DNA of 64,000 nucleotides from Psammoneis japonica (taxonomy: Eukaryota). Position 1 is the stretch's first letter; each line of letters begins with the position of its first letter. Under the pieces are notes generated by a model, which saw only the letters and a list, made by a program, of their open reading frames with translations, did not search any database and was not told the DNA's origin. Where the stretch lies: positions 508,874 to 572,873 of the forward strand of contig QPGO01000029.1 of assembly GCA_008632985.1 (NCBI GenBank), given 5' to 3'. Of this stretch, positions 63,126 to 64,000 are shown piece after piece. The position numbers and the translations under genes are program-made.

Positions 63126-64000
63126 ATGAAACAAAATATTGGAGAGCACCTGCAGAAGCCGGAGCAGGCTGCATGCTTCTCGAACTTGTTCCGTGATGAA
63201 ACCTTCTTTTCACAGCAAGTCGGACAGTTCCTTCACATTAATGATGTAAACACTTTGAGCATGGTCAGCAAGGGTACGCAAAAGGCCATTCAGAATTTAC
63301 CAAGACCAGTGATTCGGGAAGTTAGGGAGGAGACCATGTCGGGCTTTCTGCACACACATGACGGACGTTTCATGGATGAGCCAGATGTAGAAGACGCTTT
63401 TTATGTTGTGACTCAAATCCAACCCTTTACGTTTTATTTGAACATCACCCCGCCTGGTGAAGATGAATCGAGAAAGATAAAGGTTGGGATTAAGTTGGAG
63501 AACGACGTTTGGTATGAGTATCGAACCAAAAAGATTTCGTTTGGACCGCCAAGACGGACCCGAATGCGACTTCGGGTCGAGTATCCGGAACAGTCCAACC
63601 AAGCCGGGGGGGAATATTTTTTCTGCATATCACGTCGATACGATAGATTGCTGGTATCTCTATCTTGACAGGCCCCAAGAATGCACCATCTATGATGAAG
63701 ACTCGAGGATGGATAGAAGGTCTATCGACGGCCGACAGTGGTCCGCCCGTGAACAGAGGTGTTTGCGTCTTGCCATGGACTGTGTCTACAAGTGTGCCAA
63801 GCGGATTTCCCACTGGCACGAGCAAGACTTTGAAGGATTTTATCCTACGGCCGGGTATCTGATGCGATCCTTGCCGCAGTGGATGTGGCAGTTTTTCCCC
63901 GACGACTTTGAATGGAGCGAGGACAATACCCGCGACCGCAAAACCTTTGTCCATGAGTTTTTCTATCATCACACCCCCGACGACGACGAGTGGTACGCGT
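63126..64000 (+). CDS. Hypothetical protein, possibly with an F-box-like N-terminus; frame switch near 63442-63668; runs off the window
   Basis: ORF 63126-63668 overlaps a +1 frame that is open from 63442 to the window end (YLDRPQECTIY...WMWQFFPDDFEW). Confidence 0.5.

Noticed and set aside
63490..63972. 160-aa minus-strand ORF
   Set aside because: Reads like the antisense of the open plus-strand frame.

Overview
Eukaryotic DNA, most likely a (pennate) diatom, judging from CoDi-like Ty1/copia elements, compact genes and short GT-AG introns. The window has two compartments. (1) About 1-41 kb is repeat-rich: a near-complete copia LTR retrotransposon (4633-11327, 184-bp LTRs), two decayed copies of a second copia family (1-4449 minus, 19627-24270 plus), a tandemly triplicated unknown ~885-aa ORF, and small intact islands holding proteasome beta5 and tRNA-Gly. 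(2) About 41-64 kb is ordinary genic DNA: NDR kinase, membrane-fused SDR, PA-RING E3 ligase, Q/P/G-rich Zn-knuckle protein, ankyrin protein, telomerase reverse transcriptase, ABC-type protein and HMG-box protein. The most striking signal is that the repeat compartment is almost stripped of the dinucleotide TpA. LTR-LTR, paralog-paralog and conserved-motif comparisons show strand-symmetric TA->TG / TA->CA substitutions (A:T->G:C), turning Tyr into Cys/His. This is the mirror image of fungal RIP, is confined to sharply bounded domains, and may be an undescribed repeat/heterochromatin-targeted hypermutation (genome defence) system. All counts were made by eye and are approximate.
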